Below, one piece after another: positions 37,269-48,115 of a DNA stretch of 64,000 bases. The notes under the pieces are model-generated. The model was not told where the DNA came from, did not search any database, and was given only the letters and a program-made list of their open reading frames with translations. Numbering within the stretch: position 1 is the stretch's first letter; every line of letters starts with the position of its first letter. The DNA comes from Fidelibacterota bacterium. GTDB lineage: Bacteria > Fidelibacterota > Marinisomatia > Marinisomatales > Marinisomataceae. The position numbers were made by a program, and so were the translations under genes. The DNA lies in NCBI GenBank assembly GCA_965212055.1, contig OZ243041.1:480001-544000 (forward strand). The letters run 5' to 3'.

Positions 37269-38141
37269 GTGTCTGATACAGTAATTTTATCAGGATTAGA
37301 AGCGAGTAATGCATTGTATGATAGTTTGCATGCAAGGATAGATGCGTTAAAATCAAAGCAAATTACTCCTGGATTAGCAGCTATTCTTGTCGGAGAAAAC
37401 CCTGCTTCTCAGATCTATATTCGTAACAAAACGAAAAAATTTGATTCGCTTGGGTTAAAATCAGAAATCTATCGTCTTGAAGAAGGGGTATCAGAAGAAG
37501 AATTATTAAGGTTAATTGATCAAATTAATAATGATGATACATTTCATGGAATTTTGGTACAATTACCGCTTCCAGACCATATTGATAGCCAGAAAGTAAT
37601 TCACGCAATTAGTCCTACAAAAGATGTAGATGGATTTCATCCTGAGAATGCTGGATTATTGTCAATAGGAACACCAAGATTTGTTCCATGTACTCCTAAA
37701 GGCATCATGTATATACTAAAACATTTTAATGTTGAATTAGATGGAAAACATGTTGTAGTGGTAGGAAGAAGTAATATTGTTGGTAGGCCGGTATCTGTAC
37801 TTTCAAGTCTTAAATCATTAGGAAATGCAACAGTAACGATATGTCATAGCGGAACTAGCGACCTAAAACAATTTACAACCCAAGGAGATATTGTTGTGGC
37901 TGCAATGGGTTCACCAGAATTTTTAGATGCCTCTTTTATTAAAGAAGGGGCTTGTTTAGTAGATGTTGGAATTAATCGTATAGAACGTGATGGAAAATCA
38001 ACCATTGTTGGAGATGTTAATCAGGCAAGTGTGATGGGGAAAGCAAGTGCATTAACTCCCGTACCAAAAGGAGTTGGTCCAATGACAATAGCGATGTTAG
38101 TAGAAAACACCGTTTTATCCGCGGAGCTGTCTTTAAACTAA
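37269..38141 (+). CDS. folD: Bifunctional methylenetetrahydrofolate dehydrogenase/cyclohydrolase
   Basis: GILVQLPLP, KDVDGFHP, PCTP.G, GRSNIVGRP, TPVPKGVGPMT. Confidence 0.97.
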   Translation: MSDTVILSGLEASNALYDSLHARIDALKSKQITPGLAAILVGENPASQIYIRNKTKKFDSLGLKSEIYRLEEGVSEEELLRLIDQINNDDTFHGILVQLPLPDHIDSQKVIHAISPTKDVDGFHPENAGLLSIGTPRFVPCTPKGIMYILKHFNVELDGKHVVVVGRSNIVGRPVSVLSSLKSLGNATVTICHSGTSDLKQFTTQGDIVVAAMGSPEFLDASFIKEGACLVDVGINRIERDGKSTIVGDVNQASVMGKASALTPVPKGVGPMTIAMLVENTVLSAELSLN

Positions 38142-38151
38142 AGGAAGAATT

Positions 38152-39936
38152 ATGAAGAAATTTTTTATACTTTTATTATTATTTTTTATCGGATGTACTG
38201 GGACAAACGTCAGTGATGACGAGGTCAAAAAAGCTAACCAATTCTTTGAATCTATCTTTTTAGATCAAGTACAAGATAGTCCTGAATTTCAGACACGTTT
38301 AGGGTATAAATCTAATTATGATCAATGGGATGATATTACTTGGGAAGAACGTAGAAGAAAGACAAAAAAAGCCACGCATGACTTAGAATATCTGCACGAT
38401 AATATTGATTATGAAAAATTGGATGAACCTGCCAAAATTAGCTATCGATTGATTGAAAGAAGATTTGAAAGACAAATCGAATCTAGTGACTATATTTTTA
38501 ATTCATATCCAATCACACACCGAGGAGGAAAACACTCTTCGATTCCATCTTTCTTGATTAATTATCACAAAGTTGATGACGAAGATGACGTCAAAGACTA
38601 TTTAAAACGATTACGCAATATTGAACCATTGATAGACGATTTAATTAAAGAGTTAGAATTAAGAGAAGATTTAAATATTCTTGCTCCAAAATTTGTGTAT
38701 CCGCAAGCAATTAAAGTTTCTCAAAATATCATTGCTGGATACCCATTCGAAGATGTCAAAAAAAGAAATGTTATTTTTGATGATTTTAGTAAAAAACTTG
38801 ATAAGCTAGATCTATCTGGTCCTGTTAAGACTCGTTACTCAAGTGAGGCAGAAGCGATTCTTGTAACGATTGTAAATAGTTCTTATCGAAAATTAATTGA
38901 TTTTCTTTCGATACAAGAAACAAAAGCAACTGATAATTTTGGGGTATGGAAATACACCAATGGAGCAGAATATTATCAATTCCAACTTGATGGGTTTACA
39001 ACACTTGGGTTAACCCCTGAGCAAGTACATGCAACTGGATTACAAGAAGTAGAACGTATTCATCAGGAAATCTATGGCATTATGGAAGAAACCCAATTTG
39101 AAGGAACATTACAGGACTTCTTTGAATTTATGCGTACAGATCCACAATTTTACTATCCAGACAATCAAAAAGGGCGCGAGGCATACCTGAACCAGGTAAA
39201 TGTAGTTATGGACACATTAACCGCTAATATTGATCAATTATTCAATGGATTGCCGAGCATTCCGTTTGTTGTAAAGGCAGTAGAGCCATATCGTGAAGAA
39301 TCTGCTGGCATTGCATTCTATCAACGCGGAAAAGCCGATGGAAGTAGACCAGGGATTTATTATGCTAATTTGTATACCATGCAGGATATGCCAACGTATA
39401 AACTAGAGAATTTAGCGTACCACGAAGCAATCCCAGGGCATCATATGCAAATTTCAATTGCTTTAGAAACCAAAGGCATGCCTAGTTTTAGAAAATATGG
39501 TGGATATAGTGTATATAGCGAAGGATGGGCATTGTATTCAGAAACCCTTCCTAAAGAAGTAGGCTTATACAAAGATCCTTATTCTGATTTTGGACGACTA
39601 TCTGGTGAATTATGGAGAGCATGTCGTTTGGTAGTAGATACTGGGATTCATCACTATCGTTGGACCAGGGAAGAAGGGATTGAATATTATCGTAGCAATA
39701 CTGCTAATCCAGAAGGGGAATGCGTAAAAATGGTAGAACGCCATATTGTATGGCCAGGCCAGGCAGTGTCTTATAAAATTGGGATGTTAAAAATTCAAGA
39801 ATTACGTGAATATGCTGAAACAGCATTAGGAGAAAAGTTTTCTCTACAAGATTTTCATGACATTGTATTAAAAAATGGTGCTATGACAATGGATGTCCTA
39901 CACGATGTGGTATACCAATGGGTAGAAAACCAGTAA
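38152..39936 (+). CDS. DUF885-family lipoprotein (putative metallopeptidase)
   Basis: Lipobox FIGC; YHEAIPGHH.Q, EGWALY.E, WRA.RLVVDTGIH, PGQA.SYK.G. Confidence 0.92.
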   Translation: MKKFFILLLLFFIGCTGTNVSDDEVKKANQFFESIFLDQVQDSPEFQTRLGYKSNYDQWDDITWEERRRKTKKATHDLEYLHDNIDYEKLDEPAKISYRLIERRFERQIESSDYIFNSYPITHRGGKHSSIPSFLINYHKVDDEDDVKDYLKRLRNIEPLIDDLIKELELREDLNILAPKFVYPQAIKVSQNIIAGYPFEDVKKRNVIFDDFSKKLDKLDLSGPVKTRYSSEAEAILVTIVNSSYRKLIDFLSIQETKATDNFGVWKYTNGAEYYQFQLDGFTTLGLTPEQVHATGLQEVERIHQEIYGIMEETQFEGTLQDFFEFMRTDPQFYYPDNQKGREAYLNQVNVVMDTLTANIDQLFNGLPSIPFVVKAVEPYREESAGIAFYQRGKADGSRPGIYYANLYTMQDMPTYKLENLAYHEAIPGHHMQISIALETKGMPSFRKYGGYSVYSEGWALYSETLPKEVGLYKDPYSDFGRLSGELWRACRLVVDTGIHHYRWTREEGIEYYRSNTANPEGECVKMVERHIVWPGQAVSYKIGMLKIQELREYAETALGEKFSLQDFHDIVLKNGAMTMDVLHDVVYQWVENQ

Positions 39937-39939
39937 GAA

Positions 39940-40278
39940 ATGATTATTATTAAAACCACTTCCGATAGCCATAAGACTATTAAGTTGATAGCAAATACGT
40001 TGCTTAATAAACGATATGCGGCGTGTGTTAATATTCTTCCACGCATTCGTTCTAAGTATATTTGGGAAGGACGTATTGTGGAATCACGAGAAAGTGCACT
40101 ATTGATTAAAACGGTAGCGAAAATGGAAAAGAAAGTGTATACCACAATTAAAAAATTACATAACTATGATGTACCGGAAATTACCACAATTGAAACAAGC
40201 AATGTTGATGCAGATTATTTAAATTGGGTAGAAGGTTCGTTAAAAAATAAATCAAAAAAGGAGAAGGTTAAAAAATGA
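39940..40278 (+). CDS. cutA: Divalent-cation tolerance protein CutA
   Basis: AACVNI, S.Y.WEG, E..LLIKT, LH.YDVPEI. Confidence 0.93.
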   Translation: MIIIKTTSDSHKTIKLIANTLLNKRYAACVNILPRIRSKYIWEGRIVESRESALLIKTVAKMEKKVYTTIKKLHNYDVPEITTIETSNVDADYLNWVEGSLKNKSKKEKVKK

Positions 40279-40382
40279 GTAATGTAGGACTATTGGAGCT
40301 CTTGATTTTAGGAACTTTGTTTCTTGGTCTGATAATAGCAGTAATAGTTTTTTTAATTATTTTTATTAAAAAGTCAAAATGA
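40275..40382 (+). CDS. 35-aa single-TM small protein (uncalled in ORF track)
   Basis: MSNVGLLELLILGTLFLGLIIAVIVFLIIFIKKSK; ATGA overlap with cutA stop. Confidence 0.7.
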   Translation: MSNVGLLELLILGTLFLGLIIAVIVFLIIFIKKSK

Positions 40383-40522
40383 ACGATAACAATTATAAAG
40401 AATCTACATGGTATAAAATTGAGAGATTTTTTGATCGACACAATCATCTGATGGAGTTTATCAGAACAATATTGGCACTGCTTGTGTTGAGTCTACAGCT
40501 TTATATCATTTCAAGATTATAG
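40379..40522 (+). CDS. 47-aa small membrane protein (uncalled in ORF track)
   Basis: MNDNNYKESTWYKIERFFDRHNHLMEFIRTILALLVLSLQLYIISRL; ATGA overlap with previous ORF. Confidence 0.7.
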   Translation: MNDNNYKESTWYKIERFFDRHNHLMEFIRTILALLVLSLQLYIISRL

Positions 40523-40536
40523 AAAAGGGAGAGTTA

Positions 40537-41529
40537 ATGTCTAAGAAATTAGAACTATTGCTTGCATTTTTAGCAATGGTAGCAGGATTAACATTTTTAG
40601 TATATACCATAAATGATGTTTTTTTCACCGAAGATGATGGGGTGGAGATGATTACTATTGATGGAGGCCATCAAGTCTGGACACAGAAAGTAGGGGATAA
40701 TCCATCTGTAAAGATACTGTTACTTCATGGGGGACCAGGTGCTACCCATGAATATTTCAAAATTTTTGATGAATATTTCCCAAATGAAGGCATTGAATAC
40801 TATTATTATGATCAATTAGGGTCTACGAACAGTGATCCAGCAAACGACCCAAGCTTATGGACTATAGAACGCTTCGTAGAAGAAGTAGAAACAGTCAGAA
40901 AAGCATTAGACCTAGACAAGTCAAATTTTTATGTTTTAGGGCATTCATGGGGCGGTATTCTTGGCATGGAATATGCCCTCAAATATCAAGATAATATGAA
41001 GGGATTAATCGTATCTAATATGATGGCAAGTATTCCTGCATATAACAAGTATGCTGACGAAGTATTGGGTCCACAAATGCCACCAGAAGTGTTGGCAGAA
41101 ATTCAAGCATTCGAAGCAGCAAAAGACTTTACAAATCCTCGTTATATGGAATTGTTATTACCACACCATTATCAAACACATATGTTGCGAATTCCTCTCG
41201 AAGAATGGCCAGATGAAGTCAACAATGCATTCGCAAATATTAATCAAGATATGTATGTTGCGATGCAAGGACCGAGTGAATTTGGAGCGTCTGGATTACT
41301 AGAATTTTGGGATATTACAGACAAGCTATCTACTATCACCATTCCAACATTGGTTATTGCAGGAACCCATGATACCATGGATCCAGAACATAAAGAATGG
41401 ATGGCAAATGAATTTCCTAATGGAGAATATCTTTTGTGTCCAGATGGAAGTCATATGGCCATGTGGGATGATACCGACACTTATATCAATGGTGTATTTA
41501 ATTTTATAGAGAAGGTAGAGGGAAACTAA
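40537..41529 (+). CDS. Proline iminopeptidase-family hydrolase (S33), N-terminal membrane anchor
   Basis: HGGPG, YDQLGS, GHSWGG, GPSEF, DTM, GSH. Confidence 0.92.
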   Translation: MSKKLELLLAFLAMVAGLTFLVYTINDVFFTEDDGVEMITIDGGHQVWTQKVGDNPSVKILLLHGGPGATHEYFKIFDEYFPNEGIEYYYYDQLGSTNSDPANDPSLWTIERFVEEVETVRKALDLDKSNFYVLGHSWGGILGMEYALKYQDNMKGLIVSNMMASIPAYNKYADEVLGPQMPPEVLAEIQAFEAAKDFTNPRYMELLLPHHYQTHMLRIPLEEWPDEVNNAFANINQDMYVAMQGPSEFGASGLLEFWDITDKLSTITIPTLVIAGTHDTMDPEHKEWMANEFPNGEYLLCPDGSHMAMWDDTDTYINGVFNFIEKVEGN

Positions 41530-41562
41530 ATCAAATTAGAACATCTAACTGAAGGAAAAATT

Positions 41563-42630
41563 TTGAAGTATCTTGCCATGTTTTTCATGGGATTAGTACT
41601 AGTCACTGTTTTGGTGGTTTTTGTTATTAAATCTCCAAAACAAGTCATGGATGAATTGGTACGAAGAGGGGTGGAAGAACTATTAGTAGTGGAAGAAGAC
41701 CCTAAAGATGTGATGCGAGTCATTTTTAATGGTACAGGAACTCCACTAGCAGCACAATTTGCATCCCAAAGTACGGTTATTGCCATCAATGATAATATAT
41801 ATGTTTTTGATGTTGGACCACGTTCGAATGCAAATCTTGTTATGAATATGACCTTAGAACCTGCCTTTGTTAAAGCCGTATTTATCAGCCATACCCATTC
41901 TGATCATGTAGGAGATTTAGGGCAATTGAATTTAGCATCTTGGGTGCGTGGAAGAGAGGGACCATTACAAGTATATGGAACTGAAACAGTACAAGATTTG
42001 GTCGATGGATATAACTTAGCATATGCACCAGATCGAATGCACCGTGTTGCCCATCATGGAGCAGATTTGATTGATCCAGAAGTAGGATTGATGGAAGCCA
42101 ATATTTTTAATACGGATGACGGGGAAGTATTAGTGTATAAAGATGATCAAATTGAAGTATCTGCATTCTATGTACCGCATGATCCAGTTACAGGAGCAGT
42201 AGGATATCGTATTACATGCCAAGATCGTTCAGTGATTATTTCAGGTGACACGGCGTTAATGGATGATTATAGTTATGCCAATGGAGCGGATTTACTGATT
42301 CATGAAGGAATTTTCCACCAAGTAAACACCCGTATTGCTAGAATTGCAGAAAGAGTTGGAAAACTCCGTATGATGCAAATATTTGACCATATTAATCATT
42401 ACCATACCAATATGATTGATTATGAAGGAGAACCTGGATTATTAAGCCGTATGGAAGGGATTGACATTGATATGTTGGTCTTAACCCATATTATTCCTAC
42501 AAGAGACAATTTCTTAGTCAAACGCAAACTCAAAGAATTTATTTCTAAATCTCCAGTAGAAACGATTGTGGTACAAGACAATGATGAAATTCATCTTCCA
42601 TTAGGATCAGATGAGATTATCGTAAAATGA
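41563..42630 (+). CDS. MBL-fold metallohydrolase (RNase Z/arylsulfatase-like), exported
   Basis: GTGTP, FDVG, HTHSDH, VPH.PV..AVGYR, ISGDT, D.LIHE, LTH. Confidence 0.88.
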   Translation: MKYLAMFFMGLVLVTVLVVFVIKSPKQVMDELVRRGVEELLVVEEDPKDVMRVIFNGTGTPLAAQFASQSTVIAINDNIYVFDVGPRSNANLVMNMTLEPAFVKAVFISHTHSDHVGDLGQLNLASWVRGREGPLQVYGTETVQDLVDGYNLAYAPDRMHRVAHHGADLIDPEVGLMEANIFNTDDGEVLVYKDDQIEVSAFYVPHDPVTGAVGYRITCQDRSVIISGDTALMDDYSYANGADLLIHEGIFHQVNTRIARIAERVGKLRMMQIFDHINHYHTNMIDYEGEPGLLSRMEGIDIDMLVLTHIIPTRDNFLVKRKLKEFISKSPVETIVVQDNDEIHLPLGSDEIIVK

Positions 42631-43286
42631 GCATTATTCATAGCCTAGAGTGGCGTTATGCTACGAAAAAATTTGACCCGAATAGAAAGGTAAGTAATCA
42701 AGATATTAGTACCTTAAAACGTGCCATTCAACTTGCACCATCTTCCTATGGATTTCAGCTATACAAAGTTATTATCGTGAAAGATCAAGCAACCAAAGAA
42801 AGCTTGGTAAAACACTCCTATTATCAGTCCCAAGTTCGTGATTGCTCACACTTGTTTGTTTTTTGTAGTTATAAGACTGTGAAACCAGAACATGTGGATG
42901 AATTTATTGATTTAATGAAAGAAGCGCGTACCCATGATAAAGAAGGGATGAAACAAAAACTGAAATCCACCGCAAAAATGAAAGCGTATAGCGTAATTGC
43001 TAAAACAGATTTAGGAAGTCGTGATCCAAAGGATGCGGAAGAATGGATGAAAAGACAATGTTATATTGCCTTAGGAAATCTAATGGCAACCTGTGCAGAA
43101 ATGCGCATTGATTCGTGTCCGTTTGAAGGATTTAAATCAAAAGAATATGACCGTATTTTAGGACTAACTGATCGCAATTTAACCAGCGCAGTATTATGTC
43201 CTGTTGGATACCGATCACCTGATGATCATCATCAACATCGTACCAAGGTTCGCAAACCAAAAGAACGATTATTCGAAGAGAAATAG
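42627..43286 (+). CDS. NAD(P)H-dependent nitroreductase-family protein
   Basis: WRYATKKFD, APSSYG.Q, Q.YIALG, IDSCP.EGF, GYRS..D...KVRK. Confidence 0.93.
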   Translation: MSIIHSLEWRYATKKFDPNRKVSNQDISTLKRAIQLAPSSYGFQLYKVIIVKDQATKESLVKHSYYQSQVRDCSHLFVFCSYKTVKPEHVDEFIDLMKEARTHDKEGMKQKLKSTAKMKAYSVIAKTDLGSRDPKDAEEWMKRQCYIALGNLMATCAEMRIDSCPFEGFKSKEYDRILGLTDRNLTSAVLCPVGYRSPDDHHQHRTKVRKPKERLFEEK

Positions 43287-43287
43287 T

Positions 43288-43878
43288 ATGAGCCTTATTG
43301 ATCCTATTCATACGATTGAAGATGCCGAAACCAAAGAGCTGGTAAAATTCTTTAATGAAACCTTAGGATTTTGTCCAAATTCGGTTCTAACCATGCAAAA
43401 AAATCCAGCCCTTGCCAAAGCATTTATCAACCTCAATATGGCAGTGATGGAGAATCATGGATCTTTAACCAGTGAGTTTAAACGTTTGATTGCATTTATT
43501 AGTAGCAATACCACCGGATGTAGGTATTGTCAGGCCCATACAATTAGAGCAGCGGAACGATACGGCGCAAGCAAAGAACGCCTTGACAATATTTGGAATT
43601 TTGAAGAAAGCGATTGTTTTTCTGATCAAGAAAAAGTCGCGCTTAAATTTACTAGGGAAGCAAGCAAAGTTCCTGTAGCAACCACCAAAGAACTGGAAGA
43701 GGAGTTAAAGCAACATTGGAGTGAGAATGATATCATTGAAATTATGTCCGTGATTGCTTTATTTGGCTATTTAAATCGATGGAACGATGTGATGGGGACT
43801 TCTTTGGAAGAGGATGCGGTAGAATCCGCCAATCAATATCTCAAAGATAAAGGGTGGGATATTGGAAAACACCATTAA
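43288..43878 (+). CDS. AhpD/carboxymuconolactone decarboxylase-family peroxidase-related protein
   Basis: GFCPNS.LTM, GCRYCQAH, ALFGYLNRWND; ATG 43288 just after nitroreductase stop. Confidence 0.9.
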   Translation: MSLIDPIHTIEDAETKELVKFFNETLGFCPNSVLTMQKNPALAKAFINLNMAVMENHGSLTSEFKRLIAFISSNTTGCRYCQAHTIRAAERYGASKERLDNIWNFEESDCFSDQEKVALKFTREASKVPVATTKELEEELKQHWSENDIIEIMSVIALFGYLNRWNDVMGTSLEEDAVESANQYLKDKGWDIGKHH

Positions 43879-43880
43879 AC

Positions 43881-43910
43881 AAAAAAGGCACTTTTCAGTG
43901 CCTTTTTTTT
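43881..43910. terminator. Bidirectional intrinsic terminator
   Basis: AAAAAAGGCACT-TTTC-AGTGCCTTTTTTTT between convergent genes. Confidence 0.9.
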
Positions 43911-43959
43911 ATGAATAAACGTATCCAAGAGAATTGTAGCCGTCAGAGAAGGATGCCGT

Positions 43960-44781
43960 TTATTCTTCTTCATCAACAATGATTCGTTGTTGTTGAATGC
44001 CTGTAGATGCAATTTCATTAGTAGTACCTTCTTTTGTGCCTCTTATGAGATCAAAAGATACTTGTGTGTCTTCATCAGCTGCATATACTTTGATATGAGA
44101 TCTGTCTACTCTTTCTTCAGTATCCACAATTGATTGATTGTCTTCATCAACTGTTACTACGTTTGCAACAACAATAGTATCTTCATAGAAGTAATTGGTG
44201 GTATACAATCCACCTTCCCATTCAAATACTTGTCCCGCACCTAAGTCACTACGTGCTTTTAAGAATGCCACTTTAAACGTGTCGCCTTCATAGCTTTTTA
44301 CAAGAGCCCAATCGATTGTTTTAAGTTCACTTTTATCTTCCAAGATTTCTTCATACCATAAATTGGTGGTATACATCATTCCTTGCCACTTAAAGGCTCT
44401 TCCAGGTCCTAACATTCCGCGTGCTGCAGCAAAGGCCTCTGGAAAGGTTTCTTGATCAAAACTGTAATGTTCTGGTTCAGATGATTCTGTCAACAAACTA
44501 GGATCATTCTTTGGTGCAGTTACACCATCGATCAGATTGCTTTCTGCTGTAGGTTTTATTTCTGTCACCCCACCAGCTAGTGTTCGTAATTCAGGGTTAC
44601 CATTATCTTCAGTCGCATCTACTGTAGTTGCTACTTCTTGCGAAACAACAGAGTCGGTTTCTGAGAGGGCAGAGCCTAGTTGGATATCTTTGGTGGAATT
44701 CATGAATAAGATTAAAAGCGTTACTCCAAGAGCAACCGCTCCAAATGTGATTTTTTCAAATATGCTATACATTATTTTCAT
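43960..44781 (-). CDS. Membrane-anchored acidic protein with two 34-aa repeats
   Basis: N-terminal TM; ETFPEAFAAARGMLGPGRAFKWQGMMYTTNLWYE and DTFKVAFLKARSDLGAGQVFEWEGGLYTTNYFYE; RBS GGAG. Confidence 0.8.
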   Translation of the reverse strand: MKIMYSIFEKITFGAVALGVTLLILFMNSTKDIQLGSALSETDSVVSQEVATTVDATEDNGNPELRTLAGGVTEIKPTAESNLIDGVTAPKNDPSLLTESSEPEHYSFDQETFPEAFAAARGMLGPGRAFKWQGMMYTTNLWYEEILEDKSELKTIDWALVKSYEGDTFKVAFLKARSDLGAGQVFEWEGGLYTTNYFYEDTIVVANVVTVDEDNQSIVDTEERVDRSHIKVYAADEDTQVSFDLIRGTKEGTTNEIASTGIQQQRIIVDEEE

Positions 44782-44987
44782 CTCCGTCTTTGTACCATCT
44801 TTTTCGCTTTCCCGTAGTAGTATATGTCTTATAAATGGAATGGTTTCAAGTTTTTTTGTAAATTATCCTAGAATATAAAAAGTGTAGACACATAACTGAG
44901 GAGTTTGAAATGTCTGATAACAAACATGAAGAGCAAATCCTGATTAAGGTATTTTGCGCATAATATATATTATGTATAATTGATGAG

Positions 44988-45695
44988 ATGAATAAAAATA
45001 GACTAGTAAAACAAACAAGATGTGCCCTATTACTCTACATTGTAGCAATATTTGTAGCAATGCCCCTTTATGCTGGCGGAACCTATGCTATTAAAGATAT
45101 TGCTACCTTCTATAATTTCTGTACTAATTTTCTAAGCGATCTTGGAAGAACTACTAGTCATTCTGGTGATTTAAACTTCTTTTCTAGTTTTTTATTTAAT
45201 AATGCTATGGTTATTTTCGGAATCTTTTATGGTCGATTTATATACCATATGACAAATTATCTTAATGATATAGATCAAAATATAGCTTCTTTGGCCAAAA
45301 TTGCATCAATAATCGCCTGTTTTTCTACAATTGGGGTTGCATTAACCCCCGCAGATGTTGATTCCTTATATCTTGCTCATATCCTGTTTGCTAACAATAT
45401 TTTCTATTTTGGGTGTTTTGGGACTGCTCTTTTTGGATATTTATTTCTGAAATCAAATGCAATTGATAATAAATATGGTTGGATACTACTATTTTATTCC
45501 TTTGCTACCATTGGTTACATCTGTGTAATGTGGTATGGTCCAAAACCATTCTTCGTATTAGCCGATGGATCAATATCGCCATCAGCCCATGGATTAATGG
45601 TGCAAGCCTCTGCACAAAAGATCATCTTCTTAATTGGATTCTTCTCGAATTGGATGACGGTTAAAGCAATAGGTTTACTTGACAACAAAGTTTAG
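44988..45695 (+). CDS. Multi-pass membrane protein (DUF998-like)
   Basis: [26 protein letters not shown] motif; about six TM helices. Confidence 0.7.
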   Translation: MNKNRLVKQTRCALLLYIVAIFVAMPLYAGGTYAIKDIATFYNFCTNFLSDLGRTTSHSGDLNFFSSFLFNNAMVIFGIFYGRFIYHMTNYLNDIDQNIASLAKIASIIACFSTIGVALTPADVDSLYLAHILFANNIFYFGCFGTALFGYLFLKSNAIDNKYGWILLFYSFATIGYICVMWYGPKPFFVLADGSISPSAHGLMVQASAQKIIFLIGFFSNWMTVKAIGLLDNKV

Positions 45696-48113
45696 TAATC
45701 TATTCGGTATATAGATTGTTTTTACAATAGATCCTTTTGAAGTATAATTTTCTACTTTTTCAAGCGCTAATGCTGCATCCACAGCAGTCGTTTCATCAGA
45801 ATCTTTTGCTAAAGTAATATTTGCCCTCAATTTGCCGTTTACTTGTACCACAACTGTCACTTCATCAGTCTGAGTTAGTTGTTCATCGTAATCAGGCCAA
45901 TTTTCGTATGCAAGAGAGTCTTTATTGCCTAATAATGACCAGAATTCTTCCGAAAGATGTGGCATAAATGGTGATGATGCTTTAACAAGATCTACGATCA
46001 AATCTCTTGAAATCTTGTTACATTTTTGTAGATGATTGCAATAAATCATTAATTGAGAAACCGCAGTATTAAAGTGAAGATTTTCAATATCATCCCCCAC
46101 TTTTTTAATGGTAGTATGATGGAGATGTAATGTTTCTTTGTCTGGAGTAACATCTTCTGCTATTTTTGAGGACAACTTCCCTTCTTCATCGACAATAATA
46201 GCCCATAATTTGTTGACAAATCTGTAACATCCTTGTAATCCTTTAGTATTCCATGGTTTTGATTTATTGAGTGGTCCCATAAACATTTCATATAATCGCA
46301 TTGAATCGGCACCGTATTCATCGATAATATCATCAGGGTTAACAACATTTCCTCTTGATTTACTCATTTTGGCTCCATCATCTCCTAAAATCATTCCCTG
46401 ATTGTATAATTTTTTAAAGGGTTCTTTCGTTGATACAAGACCTAAATCGTGTAATACATGGTGCCAAAATCTTGAATATAATAAATGCAGTACAGCATGT
46501 TCTTGTCCTCCAATATATAAATCAACTGGCATCCAGTATTTTTCTTTCTTTTTAGACCATGAATTATCTCTATTTAATGGGTCAATAAAGCGCAAATAAT
46601 ACCAACAGGAACCAGCCCATTGAGGCATCGTGTTTGTTTCTCTAAGTCCAACAATATTACCCGATGAATCTTTTATTTCAACCCAACTTTCGATAGTAGA
46701 AAGTGGAGATTTTCCATCATCTGATGGTTTGTAATTTTCTACTTCTGGCAACATAACAGGGAGATCTTCTTCTTTAACCGTTTCTAATCCGTCATCTGTA
46801 TGAATAATTGGAAAAGGTTCTCCCCAATAACGCTGTCTAGAAAACAACCAATCTCTTAGCTTATAATTGACTGCTCCAGTACCTAATCCTTTTTTTTCAA
46901 TATATTGAATTGTTTTCTTGATAGCTTTTTCAACTGTTAATCCATCAATTGAGAGTGTATCTGGGTGTGAAGAATTCACAATTATAGCATCACCTTTGTC
47001 TATAAAAGCTGCTTTTGTAACGTCTCCCCCCTTCACCACTTCTTTAATTGGTAAATCATATTTTTTTGCAAACTCCCAATCACGTTCATCGTGTCCAGGA
47101 ACCGCCATAATTGCTCCTGTACCATAACTAATAAGTACATAGTCAGCAACCCAGATTTCCATTTCTTCTTTACTAAGAGGATTAATAGCATAGGATCCTG
47201 TAAAAATACCTGTTTTATCTTTATTAATTTCTGTTCTATCAAAGTCAGATTTTTGCTGTGTTTCTTTAATATACTTTTCTACTGCTTTTTTTTGCTTTTC
47301 TGTGACAATTGTATCAACAAGTGGGTGTTCCGGTGCTATGACCATATATGTTGCTCCAAATAACGTATCTGACCTAGTTGTGTACACTTTAATAGGTTCT
47401 TCTGAAGAATCTTTGATAGAAAAGTTGATTTCTACTCCTTCGGATTTTCCAATCCAATTTTTCTGGAGTTCTTTAATATTCTCTGGCCAATCTAAATCTT
47501 CAAGCCCATTTAATAAAGATTCAGCGTATTTAGTAATTTTTAATACCCATTGCTTCATTGGAGTTCGATAGACAGGATGTCCTCCGATATCTGATTTCCC
47601 ATCTACCACTTCTTCATTTGCAAGTACAGCACGTAGTTCTGGACACCAATTAACCGCTACTTCTTCTTGGTAAGCAAGTCCTTGGTTATATAATTGAAGA
47701 AAAATCCATTGGGTCCACTTATAATATTCTGGGTCAGTAGTATTAATCTCTCTGGACCAATCATAAGAAAATCCAAGTTGATTAATTTGTCGTTTAAAAT
47801 TTTGAATATTTTGTGAAGTAGTAACGCTAGGGTGAGTTCCTGTTTTAATTGCATATTGTTCTGCTGGAAGCCCAAATGCATCCCATCCCATAGGATGCAA
47901 TACATTAAATCCTTTCATACGTTTAAATCGTGCAATAATGTCGGTTGCAACATAGCCAAGAGCATGTCCTACATGTAATCCTGAACCGGATGGATAAGGA
48001 AACATATCTAAAACGTAGTATTTTGGCTTACTGTCTTCTGAGGTTAAAAAAGTATTATTATTTGTCCAGTATTCCTGCCATTTTGGTTCAATTTTTTTAT
48101 GATTGTAACTCAA
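45675..48113 (-). CDS. leuS: Leucine--tRNA ligase
   Basis: [41 protein letters not shown]. Confidence 0.98.
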   Translation of the reverse strand: MSYNHKKIEPKWQEYWTNNNTFLTSEDSKPKYYVLDMFPYPSGSGLHVGHALGYVATDIIARFKRMKGFNVLHPMGWDAFGLPAEQYAIKTGTHPSVTTSQNIQNFKRQINQLGFSYDWSREINTTDPEYYKWTQWIFLQLYNQGLAYQEEVAVNWCPELRAVLANEEVVDGKSDIGGHPVYRTPMKQWVLKITKYAESLLNGLEDLDWPENIKELQKNWIGKSEGVEINFSIKDSSEEPIKVYTTRSDTLFGATYMVIAPEHPLVDTIVTEKQKKAVEKYIKETQQKSDFDRTEINKDKTGIFTGSYAINPLSKEEMEIWVADYVLISYGTGAIMAVPGHDERDWEFAKKYDLPIKEVVKGGDVTKAAFIDKGDAIIVNSSHPDTLSIDGLTVEKAIKKTIQYIEKKGLGTGAVNYKLRDWLFSRQRYWGEPFPIIHTDDGLETVKEEDLPVMLPEVENYKPSDDGKSPLSTIESWVEIKDSSGNIVGLRETNTMPQWAGSCWYYLRFIDPLNRDNSWSKKKEKYWMPVDLYIGGQEHAVLHLLYSRFWHHVLHDLGLVSTKEPFKKLYNQGMILGDDGAKMSKSRGNVVNPDDIIDEYGADSMRLYEMFMGPLNKSKPWNTKGLQGCYRFVNKLWAIIVDEEGKLSSKIAEDVTPDKETLHLHHTTIKKVGDDIENLHFNTAVSQLMIYCNHLQKCNKISRDLIVDLVKASSPFMPHLSEEFWSLLGNKDSLAYENWPDYDEQLTQTDEVTVVVQVNGKLRANITLAKDSDETTAVDAALALEKVENYTSKGSIVKTIYIPNRLLNFVVK

Positions 48114-48115
48114 AA

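Noticed and set aside
40275..40382. tatA call for the 35-aa ORF
   Set aside because: It lacks the FG hinge and amphipathic helix; only the N-terminal TM resembles TatA
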